Shown here piece after piece: positions 9,718 through 18,857 of a stretch of 28,543 nt of DNA. A program made the translations under genes and the position numbers. Under the pieces are notes generated by a model that saw nothing but the letters and a program-made list of their open reading frames with translations, had not been told where the DNA came from and did no database searches. This DNA comes from Myxococcales bacterium (GTDB lineage Bacteria > Myxococcota_A > UBA9042 > JABWCM01 > BTVJ01), in the NCBI GenBank assembly GCA_045863395.1, contig BTVJ01000094.1, positions 1-28,543 on the forward strand, written 5' to 3'. Positions within the stretch are counted from its first letter, which is position 1. Each line of letters opens with the position of its first letter.

Positions 9718-11301
9718 ATGGGGTTCCGCGTGAAGACGCAACCCACACCGACGTTGTCCCTCCTCGCCGCGGCCCGTGCGCACGCCGTGGCGCTCCCCCT
9801 GCTCATGGCGGTCGCCTGCGGCGCCAACCAGCCAGGCGCTCCTGACGCCGTGGACGACACCGCCGAGGCGCCACCACCCCCAGTGGGCCCGGCGGTCATG
9901 CCGCTGGAGCACGGCCCGCCCGGCACCTGGGGAGCGGCGCCCGAGTGGGCGTCGCCCGAGGACGTCGCGGCAATGGAGTGGGTCAACTGGGCACGAGCGG
10001 CCACTGGGCTTCAGGCATTGATCCTGGACGCCGGGCTCGCCGAGGCCGCCCGAGCTCACGCCGCGTACGTCGTCGCCAACCACGGGGCGTACCTGGCTGG
10101 CCTGTCGCTGCACGCGCAGGTTCCCAGCACCCCTGGCTTCACCGGGGAGACCTGGGTCGACCGACTCAGAGCCACCGGCTGGGAGGGGCCCATCCTCGGG
10201 GAGGTCATCGCCTACCAGCCTCTGGCGGTGGCCTCCGTGTGGCAGTGGATGGACTCTCTCTATCACCGGCTCCCGCTCCTCGGCCCCTCGGCGAGCGCCC
10301 TGGGCTACGGATCGGCACACGGCGAGGGAGTGTGGCTCGGGGTGGTCGAGGTCGGCGGGCAGGAGGGACCCGGGCGGCTGGTGGGATGGCCCCCCAAGGA
10401 CGCAACGGATGTCGCCACCGCCTGGGACGGCCTGGAGGTCCCGCAGCCGGCGCCTCCTCCCGGCGGCTACCCGTCGGGGCCCGTGCTGACCGTGCAGGGC
10501 TCGCCGGGCCAGGACCTGCGCATGACCGCCCACGTGCTGCTCGGACCCGACGGCCCCATCCCGCACGTGGCCCTCGACGGGACGTCCGACCCGCTGCTGC
10601 GGGATCACGCGGCCATCGGGCTGTACGCCGACCAGCCGCTCGACCCAGGCGTCGAGCACCGAGCGCGCGTCGACGGCACCCTGGACGGGGTCGCCTTCAC
10701 GTGGGAGTGGACGTTCACGACCCGGTCCGTGACCGGCTGCTCCCCGACGGCGCAGGACTGTCCGCCGGGTCGCGGGTGCTACGCTGATGCCGGAGGCGCA
10801 CGGTGCGCGTGGCACGGACCGGTCCCCGAGGGAGGCGCGTGCGCGTGGCAGAACGACTGCCTCCCCGGGACCGCGTGTCAGGGGGGCACCTGCCTGCGCT
10901 GGTGTGACGCGGACGACCCGGCAGGCTGCGCGGCCGTATGCCCCGCGGCCTGGTCGCCCATCGGGTCCAGCCCGGGCCTCGGCGTCTGCGACGCCCCCTC
11001 GTGCTCACCCATGTACGGTGGCTGCGGCGGCGGCTCCACGTGCGCCCCGGGCCCGACGCCTGCGTGCGTCGCCCCGGGGGAGGGCGCGGCCGGCTCGTCG
11101 TGCGTGTCGCCCCTGGACTGCGCCGCCGGGACCACCTGCGCCGACCTGGTCGGCGGCCAGCCGAAGTGCATGACGCTCTGCGACGCGACGCCCCTCGGCC
11201 CCGGGGCGGCGGGCGGCGCGAACCTGCCGGGCTGCGACGCCTGCGCCAAGGGCGCGCTCTCGTCGATGGATGGAAGCGGCATCGGCTTCTGCGTAGAGTG
11301 A
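9718..11301 (+). CDS. CAP (SCP)-domain lipoprotein with Ig-like domain and C-terminal Cys-rich repeats (start uncertain)
   Basis: LLMAVA-C lipobox; VNWARAATGL...LAEAARAHAAY...GEVIAY...WMDSLYHRLPLL is a CAP pattern; WEWTFTT ends an Ig-like domain; CSPTAQDCPPGRGC-type repeats follow. Confidence 0.82.
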   Translation: MGFRVKTQPTPTLSLLAAARAHAVALPLLMAVACGANQPGAPDAVDDTAEAPPPPVGPAVMPLEHGPPGTWGAAPEWASPEDVAAMEWVNWARAATGLQALILDAGLAEAARAHAAYVVANHGAYLAGLSLHAQVPSTPGFTGETWVDRLRATGWEGPILGEVIAYQPLAVASVWQWMDSLYHRLPLLGPSASALGYGSAHGEGVWLGVVEVGGQEGPGRLVGWPPKDATDVATAWDGLEVPQPAPPPGGYPSGPVLTVQGSPGQDLRMTAHVLLGPDGPIPHVALDGTSDPLLRDHAAIGLYADQPLDPGVEHRARVDGTLDGVAFTWEWTFTTRSVTGCSPTAQDCPPGRGCYADAGGARCAWHGPVPEGGACAWQNDCLPGTACQGGTCLRWCDADDPAGCAAVCPAAWSPIGSSPGLGVCDAPSCSPMYGGCGGGSTCAPGPTPACVAPGEGAAGSSCVSPLDCAAGTTCADLVGGQPKCMTLCDATPLGPGAAGGANLPGCDACAKGALSSMDGSGIGFCVE

Positions 11302-11335
11302 GCCCGGCGAGAGCCCCCCGTCCAACGCGAGCGAC

Positions 11336-11797
11336 ATGACGTCCAGGTCACATCACCGGGCCTCTGGCCCGCTCCCCGAGGCGACGGCCCTCACGCGGCT
11401 CCGGTGGGCGCGCGACCTGCTCGCGGGCGTCGAGGCCGCGCGCGCCGTGGGCCTGCTCCGCGGAGTCGAGAGCGGCGAGGCGGCCGAGGCCCTGGAGGCG
11501 CTGTCCGCCCAGGTGAAGTGCTGGCGAGCGTGGGTCCGCGACGCGTGGGTCCCCGCAAGGGCGCGGGCGCGGGTGACGGGCCACCCCGTGGACCCGGTGC
11601 TCTATCTGCAGCGGGACGAGAGGCTCCGCAGCCTGCTCTCAGAAGCTGAGCGCCTGACCGACACGAGCGAGCGGCTGGCGGCTGCGGCGATGGCAGCGGG
11701 CCCATCCGCGGCGCGGGCGGTCCCTCGGTGCTGCCCTGACGGGCTGGCCGTCGATGACCTGCTCGACCCCGCGGACGGCAGCGCGCGCCCCGGATGA
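11336..11797 (+). CDS. Hypothetical protein (153 aa, predicted helical)
   Basis: ORF fills the gap between the flanking genes with plausible codon bias; no family recognised. Confidence 0.5.
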   Translation: MTSRSHHRASGPLPEATALTRLRWARDLLAGVEAARAVGLLRGVESGEAAEALEALSAQVKCWRAWVRDAWVPARARARVTGHPVDPVLYLQRDERLRSLLSEAERLTDTSERLAAAAMAAGPSAARAVPRCCPDGLAVDDLLDPADGSARPG

Positions 11798-11798
11798 A

Positions 11799-12209
11799 TC
11801 AGGCAGGCTCGGCGGTCAGGCGAAGCGCCTCGACCCTGTGACGCCGCCTCCAGGGAGCCCACCACGGGACCGAGGCGATGGCGAGGGTCAAGTCGGCGAG
11901 GCGCTGACGCTCGGCGAGGAGGCTCGCCTCGGCGCGCTCCCGGCCCGCCCGCTCGGCGGCCAGCGCCGCCCGGACCCCTTCGAGCTGAGCGGACAGACGC
12001 GCCTCCACGAGAGCGACCTGGGCCTCGGCAAGCGCGACCCGGAGCACCGCCGCGTCGCGCTCCAGCTCGAGGCGCGTCCGCACCTCGATCAGCGCCCGCT
12101 GGTGCTCGGCCAGTGACTTCTTCAGCTCCGCGACCCGGTACGCCATCGAGGACCGGGGGTCCTCGACCTCCACGGGGCGCCCGGTGGCCTCTGTCTCCGC
12201 CTCGCTCAT
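11799..12209 (-). CDS. Hypothetical coiled-coil protein with WWAPWRRR near the C-terminus (136 aa)
   Basis: Strong GAGGAGG RBS before MSEAETE; heptad-like L/A/E/R composition. Confidence 0.75.
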   Translation of the reverse strand: MSEAETEATGRPVEVEDPRSSMAYRVAELKKSLAEHQRALIEVRTRLELERDAAVLRVALAEAQVALVEARLSAQLEGVRAALAAERAGRERAEASLLAERQRLADLTLAIASVPWWAPWRRRHRVEALRLTAEPA

Positions 12210-12296
12210 GCTGCCTCCTCTGGTTCGGGGGGACCGGCCCACCCTACGCTCGTAGAGGAGGATCGCAAGAATTCGGGCGAAGGCGCCAGAAACGCG

Positions 12297-12324
12297 AAAA
12301 GCCAGCCCACGGGGGCTGGCTTTC
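12297..12324 (-). terminator. Intrinsic terminator downstream of tRNA-Gly (potentially bidirectional)
   Basis: AAAA-GCCAGCCC-acgg-GGGCTGGC-TTT on the + strand. Confidence 0.8.
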
Positions 12325-12329
12325 AAGGG

Positions 12330-12402
12330 AGCGGGACACGGGATTCGAACCCGCGACTCTCAGCTTGGGAAGCTGATACTCTACCAACTGAGTTAGTCCC
12401 GC
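12330..12402 (-). tRNA. tRNA-Gly(CCC)
   Basis: GCGGGAC/GTCCCGC acceptor stem, TCAGC-TT CCC AA-GCTGA anticodon arm, GGTTCGAATCC T arm; CCA not encoded (followed by CCC). Confidence 0.96.
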
Positions 12403-12440
12403 AGCGCAGGGGGTGCTGGCCCGCCTGCGAACACCGCGGA

Positions 12441-12469
12441 TTTGTACCGACGGCCACGGAAGATGTCAA
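12441..12469 (-). promoter_or_regulatory. sigma70 promoter of tRNA-Gly
   Basis: TTGACA-17 nt-TACAAA on the minus strand, followed by GC-rich sequence. Confidence 0.7.
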
Positions 12470-12551
12470 CGGGTTTTCTGGCACGAGGCGCCGATTCATC
12501 GCCAACCAGGGCTCCGAGCGCGCCAACCACGCGGCGCTCCAAGCAAAACCT

Positions 12552-12581
12552 TTGACAGCGAGCCCGAGTGCGTGGCATGGT
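12552..12581 (+). promoter_or_regulatory. Candidate sigma70 promoter for the 12719 gene and possibly rne
   Basis: TTGACA-18 nt-CATGGT with TG extension and an upstream A-rich segment. Confidence 0.45.
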
Positions 12582-12718
12582 TCCGCCGCCCGCCGTTCTG
12601 CGGATGGGCGCCTGGTTCGAGGCGTGGTGACGAGGAACGAGCGACGGCTCGCTTCGGTGCCGCGTCGAGAACCCAGAACAGAGGGCAAGACAACAATTCG
12701 CCAGCCCACTCCGAGCCC

Positions 12719-13402
12719 GTGAAGCAACCCCCGACGCTCCTGACGATCACCGTGACCCTGCTCTTGATGGGCGGGTGCGCGAACGATGCGGAGTGCCCCC
12801 AGGGGACGACGCGGGCCGGGGGGCGCTGTACCATCCCGGGGGCAGCCGAGGGCCTCTTCCCAGAGGTCTCCGAGGGCGCGGGCGACGCCCCGCAACAGGA
12901 CACAAGCACCGACGCGGCGCCGGCCGACGCGGACGCCGGCGACGGCTCCACGGCGGCCGACGGCGCGATTCAGGAGGATACCGGCGAGTCAACGACGCCC
13001 GGCGACGCCGATGGAGGCGACGCGGGCGACGGCGAGGGGGTAGGCTGGGTGCCTGCCGCTCGCAGAGACACGAGACGTGACGCGACGGCCGTCGCCGCCC
13101 GGGGTGACGGGGCCACGCGTGGATTCGTAAGCGACGCACACAGGACAGACGAAGACGCCTCGCGCGGCGGAGGGGGCCACACACGGCACCGCACCAAGGC
13201 CGCGGAGGTGCACGCCCGCCAGGTCAGGGGAGCACCCCGGGGCCTGGCAGGTGCGGCAGGTCGATGCACCAGCAACCGCGCTCGGGTGACTCCGGGCGAG
13301 CTCGGACAGATGCGCCACCCGGCGCGAACGCTGGTCGCTTTGCCCACCGCGCTCCGAACGTCGTCCCCCCCTGTGCTGCCTCTCGCCCCAGCGCTGGGCT
13401 GA
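12719..13402 (+). CDS. Hypothetical acidic lipoprotein (only the first ~107 codons look convincingly coding)
   Basis: GTG start, TLLTITVTLLLMGG-C lipobox, CPQGTTRAGGRC and a D/A/G-rich linker; composition changes after about 13040. Confidence 0.55.
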   Translation: MKQPPTLLTITVTLLLMGGCANDAECPQGTTRAGGRCTIPGAAEGLFPEVSEGAGDAPQQDTSTDAAPADADAGDGSTAADGAIQEDTGESTTPGDADGGDAGDGEGVGWVPAARRDTRRDATAVAARGDGATRGFVSDAHRTDEDASRGGGGHTRHRTKAAEVHARQVRGAPRGLAGAAGRCTSNRARVTPGELGQMRHPARTLVALPTALRTSSPPVLPLAPALG

Positions 13403-13544
13403 CAGCGCCCGTCCCCCAGCCACGGGGGGACGGAAGGCGGCACCAGCCCCAGGGTTGGGGCCGCCGACACGAACCCACGCTCGCCTCGCCATCGGAGGGT
13501 CCACCGGCCGCGCCCCAACGCAGCACCGCTGCACGGGAGACCGC

Positions 13545-16175
13545 ATGGCAAAGAAGATGCTCATCAACGTCGACGCGGACGAGAACCGCGTCGCGATCCT
13601 CGAGGACGGGCGCCTCGAGAACCTCGAGATCGAGACGAACCTCAACGAGCAGGTCAAGGGCAACATCTTCAAGGGTGTCGTCCACAAGGTGGAGCAGAGC
13701 CTCCAAGCCGCGTTCGTCGACTACGGGGTGGAGAAGCAGGGCTTCCTGCCCCTCGGAGAGATCCACCCGCGCTACTGGCCGAAGGACGCCGGCAGCAAGC
13801 CCACGATCCAGGACATCCTGCAGAACCGTCAGGAGCTGCTCGTCCAGGTCACCCGGGACGAGATCGGCAACAAGGGCGCCACCCTGACCACCTACGTGTC
13901 GCTTCCCGGGCGCTACCTGGTCCTGATCCCCGAGAGCGAGAAGACTGGCATCAGCCGCAAGCTCTCCGACGAGGAGCGCGCGCGCCTGAAAGAGCTGGTC
14001 ACGGATATGTCGCTGCCCGAGGGCTTCGGGGCGATCATCCGCACGGCCGGGACGGACCGGTCCCTGCCGGAGCTGCAGCTCGACCTGTCCTACCTGACGA
14101 AGGTCTGGGAGGCCATCGAGAGGCGCTTCAAGGAGCAGAAGGGCTCGGGGCTCGTCTATGAGGAGCGGAGCCTGGCGGTGCGCTTCATGCGCGACTACTT
14201 CGCCGACGACATGGAGGAGGTCTGGATCGACGATCCGGAGGGCCACAAGGAGCTGCTGGAGTTCGTCAACCTGATCATGCCGCAGCACGCCAGCCGGGTG
14301 AAGCTCTACCAGGGGCGGGTGCCGCTGTTCATCAAGCAGGGGGTCGAGGACCAGATCGAGGACGTGTTCGCGCGCAAGGTGGAGCTGCCGAGCGGCGGGT
14401 CCATCGTGCTCGACAGCACGGAGGCGCTGGTCGCCATCGACGTGAACAGCGGGCGGGTCAAGGGGGAGGACATCGAGGAGACCGCCTTTACGACCAACAT
14501 GGAGGCCGCGCGCGAGATCGCGCGGCAGGTGGTCATCCGGGACCTGGGCGGGCTGGTCGTCATCGACTTCATCGACATGAAGGACCGCAAGCGCATGCGC
14601 CAGGTGGAGCAGGCGCTGCGGGAGGCGTTCCGCAACGACAAGGCCCGGCGCAAGTTCTCGCGCATCAGCGAGTTCGGCCTCCTCGAGATGACCCGGCAGC
14701 GCATGAAGAGCACGCTGACGAGGACCAGCTTCGAGCGCTGCGACCACTGTGGCGGCCAGGGGCTCGTCCGGTCGGCCGAGTCGGCGGGCATGTACCTCCT
14801 GCGGCGCATCCGGGAGATCTCGGCCCGGGGGAGCGTCCACCAGGTGATCGTGCGCGCACCGATCCCCGTCGCCAACTTCATGCTGAACCGCAAGCGCCCG
14901 GAGCTGCAGGCGCTGGAGATGGACCAGAAGACCCTGGTCGAGGTCTGGGGAGACACGGATCTGCCGCCCAACCAGGCAGTGCTGGAGTCGGTCCACAAGC
15001 GTGGCAAGGGCGCGCCCCAGCGGGTCACGCAGACCGTGGACCTGGTCAAGGCCGAGATCGTGCGCCGTGACGAGGAGAGCCTGAAGCGTGGCATCCTGAC
15101 ACGGGAGCCCGGGCGGAACATCGACTTCCAGAGCCTCTACAAGGAGGTCATCGACGAGCACGGTCCCGCCGAGGTCCCCGCTCCGGCCCCCGTGGCCGCG
15201 TCGGCCCCGCCTCCCGTGGCGCCACCGCCTGCGTACACTCCCCAGCGGCACGCCGCGCCCCCTCCAGAGCCTCCCAAGGAGCGGCGGTTCTCGTGGTGGC
15301 GCAAGCTGTTCGGCGCCGCGGAGGAGCCACCGACCCCACACGTGCCGGCGCCCCAGACCCCAAGCGCGCACGCGCCACAGCATGGGGCGCCGAGCGCACA
15401 CGCGCCGCAGCACGGGGCTCCGAGCGCGCACGGTCAGGCAGGTCCGGCACAGCCTCGGCTCACCACGCCGCTCCACGGGGCGGGCGCACCAGGCCGACCG
15501 CATGCAGGTAGAACACGGGACGCCGCTGAGACTACGGGCCAGACGCGGGCGTCGGCGCCGCGGTCGACGGCACCGCGGGGCGCAGCTCCCGGACAGCGAC
15601 CCTCGGAGAAGTCAGAGAAGCCCGAGGACGAGGCGAAGGGCCCGACCAAGCGCCGCCGCAGGCGCCGGCGGTCGCGCTCCGAGGGCACGCAGCCGGAGAG
15701 CACCACCGCGCCGTTGCTGGACGACCTCGACGACGAGATCGGGGACGACGACGAGGGCCCGGAGGACACGGGTGAGCAGGAGCAGGGCGGCGTCGACGGG
15801 CCGCGCAAGTCCCGCCGGCGCAGGGGTCGAGGGCGGGGCAAGGCCCAAGGAGAGCGCGCAGCGGGAGCCGGCGAGGGAGCGGGGCCAGAGGATGGCGGCC
15901 CCCCGGAGCCCCGGCGTGGGGCCGAAGGTGCAGAGCGCCCTCCACGCGCGCCAGCACACGAAGGGACCGCACCGGCGCACACCGCGGTGAGCGCTCCCAA
16001 CGCTCCCGCACCGGCCAGCCAGGCGCCGCGGCCTGTGCCGCCGCCCCTGCCGCCGCTGCCGCAGCACCCGGCTCCGTCGACGAGCCGGTCGGCTGAGCCC
16101 GCCACCGCTGACAGCCGGTGGATCGTCGACCTGCGGACCCCGTCGCCCAAGCCCACGGACCGGGGCGAGGAGTAG
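13545..16175 (+). CDS. rne: Ribonuclease E (Rne/Rng family) with long disordered C-terminal scaffold (876 aa)
   Basis: [75 protein letters not shown] and Zn-link CDHC; GGGAGA RBS. Confidence 0.95.
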   Translation: MAKKMLINVDADENRVAILEDGRLENLEIETNLNEQVKGNIFKGVVHKVEQSLQAAFVDYGVEKQGFLPLGEIHPRYWPKDAGSKPTIQDILQNRQELLVQVTRDEIGNKGATLTTYVSLPGRYLVLIPESEKTGISRKLSDEERARLKELVTDMSLPEGFGAIIRTAGTDRSLPELQLDLSYLTKVWEAIERRFKEQKGSGLVYEERSLAVRFMRDYFADDMEEVWIDDPEGHKELLEFVNLIMPQHASRVKLYQGRVPLFIKQGVEDQIEDVFARKVELPSGGSIVLDSTEALVAIDVNSGRVKGEDIEETAFTTNMEAAREIARQVVIRDLGGLVVIDFIDMKDRKRMRQVEQALREAFRNDKARRKFSRISEFGLLEMTRQRMKSTLTRTSFERCDHCGGQGLVRSAESAGMYLLRRIREISARGSVHQVIVRAPIPVANFMLNRKRPELQALEMDQKTLVEVWGDTDLPPNQAVLESVHKRGKGAPQRVTQTVDLVKAEIVRRDEESLKRGILTREPGRNIDFQSLYKEVIDEHGPAEVPAPAPVAASAPPPVAPPPAYTPQRHAAPPPEPPKERRFSWWRKLFGAAEEPPTPHVPAPQTPSAHAPQHGAPSAHAPQHGAPSAHGQAGPAQPRLTTPLHGAGAPGRPHAGRTRDAAETTGQTRASAPRSTAPRGAAPGQRPSEKSEKPEDEAKGPTKRRRRRRRSRSEGTQPESTTAPLLDDLDDEIGDDDEGPEDTGEQEQGGVDGPRKSRRRRGRGRGKAQGERAAGAGEGAGPEDGGPPEPRRGAEGAERPPRAPAHEGTAPAHTAVSAPNAPAPASQAPRPVPPPLPPLPQHPAPSTSRSAEPATADSRWIVDLRTPSPKPTDRGEE
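15361..15432 (+). repeat. 30-bp tandem repeat in rne ([10 protein letters not shown], about 2.4 copies)
   Basis: Units at 15361-15390 and 15391-15420, partial at 15421-15432. Confidence 0.85.
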
Positions 16176-16179
16176 GGCC

Positions 16180-17454
16180 ATGTTGGACATGAAGCTGGTC
16201 ACGGACTCGCCAGACCTGGTTCGTCGCAAGCTCGCCGAGCGGCGCTCGGAGGTGAACCTGGAGGCCATCCTGGCCCTCAACGAGGAGCGCAAGCGCTTCA
16301 TCCACCTCTACGACGACACGCGGGTCCGGCAGCGGGCGCTGTCGGAGGCGTTCAAGAAGAAGGGCGCGCCACAGGCGGAGCTGGACGCCGCGCGCGCGGA
16401 GCTCCAGGGCATGTCGGCACGCCTCAAGGAGTACGAGGTCGCTCGGGACGAGGCGCAAGCCGCCATGGAGGCGTCCCTGCTGCTGCTCCCGAACCTGCAC
16501 CACGACAGCGTCCCCGTGGGAGCGAGCGCCGAGGACAACGTCGAGGTGCGCCGCTCCGGCGACCCAGTGCCCCTCGGCTTCGACGCGCGGCCCCATGACG
16601 AGCTGGGCGCGAGCCTCGGGATCCTCGACATGGAGGCGGGCGCAAAGATCAGCGGCGCCCGCTTCGCCCTGTACCGCGGGGCGGGAGCGCGGCTGGAGCG
16701 GGCGCTCGCGGCGTTCATGCTCGACCTGCACACCGGGGAGCACGGCTACACGGAGGTGCTGACCCCGTTCCTGGTGAAGCGCGAGAGCATGGTCGGCACG
16801 GGTCAGCTCCCGAAGTTCGAGGAGGAGGCATTCAAGACGGAGGACGACTACTTCCTCATCCCGACCTCCGAGGTGTCGGTGACCAACATCCATCGGGATG
16901 AGATCCTCGACGGGGAGCGCCTGCCCATCAAGTACTCCGCCTGGTCCCCCTGCTTCCGGCGCGAGGCGGGCAGCTACGGGCGCGACACCCGGGGCCTCAT
17001 CCGCCTCCACCAGTTCCAGAAGGTGGAGATGGTCAAGCTCACGACCCCCGAGACCAGCTACGCCGAGCTGGAGAGCCTGGTCGGAAACGCCGAGCACGTC
17101 CTCAGCCTGCTCGGCCTCACCCACCGGACCATGCTGCTGTGCTCCGGCGACCTGGGCTTCGGGGCCGCCAAGTGCTACGACGTGGAGGTGTGGGCTCCCG
17201 GCCAGAACCGCTGGGTGGAGATCTCGAGCTGCAGCAACTGCGAAGACTTCCAGGCGCGGCGCGCAAGCATCCGCTACCGCCCGGACCCCGCAGCCCGCCC
17301 GCGCTTCGTCCACACGCTCAACGGCTCGGGACTTGCCGTCGGGCGCACCATCGTCGCCATCCTCGAGGCGTTTCAGCAGGCGGACGGCTCGGTCCGCATC
17401 CCGGACGTGCTACGTCCCTACATGGGCGGCATGGAGGCCATCCGACGTCCGTGA
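16180..17454 (+). CDS. serS: Serine--tRNA ligase
   Basis: [53 protein letters not shown] and [21 protein letters not shown] lies in the last rne codons. Confidence 0.98.
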   Translation: MLDMKLVTDSPDLVRRKLAERRSEVNLEAILALNEERKRFIHLYDDTRVRQRALSEAFKKKGAPQAELDAARAELQGMSARLKEYEVARDEAQAAMEASLLLLPNLHHDSVPVGASAEDNVEVRRSGDPVPLGFDARPHDELGASLGILDMEAGAKISGARFALYRGAGARLERALAAFMLDLHTGEHGYTEVLTPFLVKRESMVGTGQLPKFEEEAFKTEDDYFLIPTSEVSVTNIHRDEILDGERLPIKYSAWSPCFRREAGSYGRDTRGLIRLHQFQKVEMVKLTTPETSYAELESLVGNAEHVLSLLGLTHRTMLLCSGDLGFGAAKCYDVEVWAPGQNRWVEISSCSNCEDFQARRASIRYRPDPAARPRFVHTLNGSGLAVGRTIVAILEAFQQADGSVRIPDVLRPYMGGMEAIRRP

Positions 17455-17500
17455 CAGGGCCGCCGGCGGGGTCGCGGACGCCAGGCCGCCCAGCAGTACG

Positions 17501-17542
17501 TTGAAAAAAGGGGTTGCACATCGACGACCACGCCACTATAGT
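17501..17542 (+). promoter_or_regulatory. Strong sigma70 promoter of the tRNA cluster with UP-like A tract
   Basis: TTGAAAAAAG, then TTGCAC (17514-17519)-17 nt-TATAGT (17537-17542), then a GC-rich discriminator. Confidence 0.8.
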
Positions 17543-17584
17543 TGGCCGCCGATGTGCCGACCGGCCCATCGAATGAGCTGAAAA

Positions 17585-17597
17585 GCTCTTTGAAAAC
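17585..17597 (+). promoter_or_regulatory. boxA (Nus antitermination) element
   Basis: GCTCTTTGAAAAC between the promoter and first tRNA, matching the rrn boxA pattern. Confidence 0.75.
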
Positions 17598-17645
17598 AGA
17601 GAGATTGCGGAGTCGGTGCGGTAGCACGGGCGTAAGCGCGACCAC

Positions 17646-17730
17646 GGAGGGGTGGCCGAGTGGTTTAAGGCAGCGGTCTTGAAAACCGCCGTGCTGAGAG
17701 GCACCGTGGGTTCGAATCCCACCTCCTCCG
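17646..17730 (+). tRNA. tRNA-Ser(TGA)
   Basis: GGAGGGG acceptor strand, GCGGT-CT TGA AA-ACCGC, long variable arm, GGTTCGAATCC; followed by CCG. Confidence 0.96.
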
Positions 17731-17815
17731 CCGAGAACCCGTGACGCTCAGGATCCCGCGAGCGTCACTGGAAGCAGCTCATGGCTCGGGCTCGTCCCCA
17801 CCTTGGGCTTTCCCT

Positions 17816-17910
17816 GGAGAGATGGCCGAGTCGGCCGAAGGCGCTCGCCTGCTAAGCGAGTATAGTGGCATAAACCGCTATCGAGGGTTCGAATCCCTCT
17901 CTCTCCGCCA
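17816..17910 (+). tRNA. tRNA-Ser(GCT)
   Basis: CTCGC-CT GCT AA-GCGAG, long variable arm, encoded CCA. Confidence 0.96.
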
Positions 17911-17911
17911 C

Positions 17912-17988
17912 GCGCCCGTAGCTCAGCTGGATAGAGCGATGGTCTACGGAACCATAGGTCAGAGGTTCGAATCCTCTCGGGCGTACCA
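17912..17988 (+). tRNA. tRNA-Arg(ACG)
   Basis: ATGGT-CT ACG GA-ACCAT anticodon arm; encoded CCA. Confidence 0.96.
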
Positions 17989-18013
17989 AAACTCACCTCG
18001 CGGCGGGAGCCCC

Positions 18014-18514
18014 ATGTCCGACCCAGGCGCACGCTGGCAGGATGCGATGCGGGAGGCGCTGGCCCTGGCCAGGACCGCGGAGGAGCAGGGCGAGGTCCCT
18101 GTCGGCGCGGTGGTGATCGACCCGGCTGGGCACGTCATCGGTCGCGGAGCCAACCGGCGGGAGCTGGACGCAGACCCGACGGCTCACGCCGAGATGGTCG
18201 CGCTTCGACAGGCCGCAAAGGTGCGGGGCAGTTGGCGTCTGAACGGCTGTACGCTGGTCGTCACGCTGGAGCCCTGCCCCATGTGCGCAGGTGCGCTGGT
18301 GGCGAGCCGCCTCGAGCGGGTCGTCTTTGGGTGCCGGGACCCCAAAGGGGGCGCGGTCACGACGCTCTACGCGGTTCCCCAGGATCCGCGGCTCAACCAC
18401 CGCGTCGAGGTGGAGGAGGGAGTGCTCGCCGACGCATGTTCGGCGGTGCTCCAAGGGTTCTTTGCCGACCTTCGCGAACAACGGAGAGCTGGCCGAGTGG
18501 CCGAAGGCGCCTGA
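18014..18514 (+). CDS. tadA: tRNA adenosine(34) deaminase (166 aa)
   Basis: GEVPVGAVV, DPTAHAE, TLEPCPMCAGA, DPKGGA, RLNHR, LQGFF; GGGAG RBS. The stop codon lies inside tRNA-Ser(CGA). Confidence 0.95.
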   Translation: MSDPGARWQDAMREALALARTAEEQGEVPVGAVVIDPAGHVIGRGANRRELDADPTAHAEMVALRQAAKVRGSWRLNGCTLVVTLEPCPMCAGALVASRLERVVFGCRDPKGGAVTTLYAVPQDPRLNHRVEVEEGVLADACSAVLQGFFADLREQRRAGRVAEGA

Positions 18515-18570
18515 CTCGAAATCAGGTGTACCGACAGGTACCGGGGGTTCGAATCCCTCGCTCTCCGCCA
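18483..18570 (+). tRNA. tRNA-Ser(CGA)
   Basis: GGAGAGC/GCTCTCC acceptor stem, CCTGA-CT CGA AA-TCAGG, variable arm GTACC/GGTAC, encoded CCA. Confidence 0.95.
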
Positions 18571-18647
18571 TGGGACGACCGGAGGCAGCCTGGCGCCGGT
18601 CGTCGGATGCTTCGAGGCCGGGAACGCTCCTCTCGGAGCGTCGTTAC

Positions 18648-18735
18648 GGAGAGATGACCGAGCGGCCGAAGGTGCACGACTGGAAATCGTGTGTGCTCTA
18701 ACACGGCACCAAGGGTTCGAATCCCTTTCTCTCCG
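18648..18735 (+). tRNA. tRNA-Ser(GGA)
   Basis: CACGA-CT GGA AA-TCGTG, long variable arm; followed by CCG. Confidence 0.96.
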
Positions 18736-18857
18736 CCGCGCGGCGGGAGCACGCGAAGGGGGGCGGGAGCGCCTGCCGCACCGCCCTCCAGCGCCAGCGC
18801 CGCGAGCGACCTCCTCCGGGAAGGTCGCGCATCCGGCTCCGAACGTGGAGCCGGTTT

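Noticed and set aside
12330..12402. tRNA-Gly or tRNA-Ser genes as an integration site for an island
   Set aside because: No integrase, no duplicated tRNA 3' end and no evident composition shift.
13109..13505. tmRNA, suggested by GGGGCC...GGATTCG
   Set aside because: Lacks GGATTCGAC and has no T-arm or CCA-type 3' end at the expected distance.
17741..18013. N-terminal extension of TadA in the 257-aa ORF call
   Set aside because: It runs through two tRNA genes; the ATG at 18014 has an RBS and gives a normal TadA length.
18740..18857. Alu domain of a large-type SRP RNA
   Set aside because: The hairpins are local, and the SRP closing helix does not extend beyond 18858/18960.
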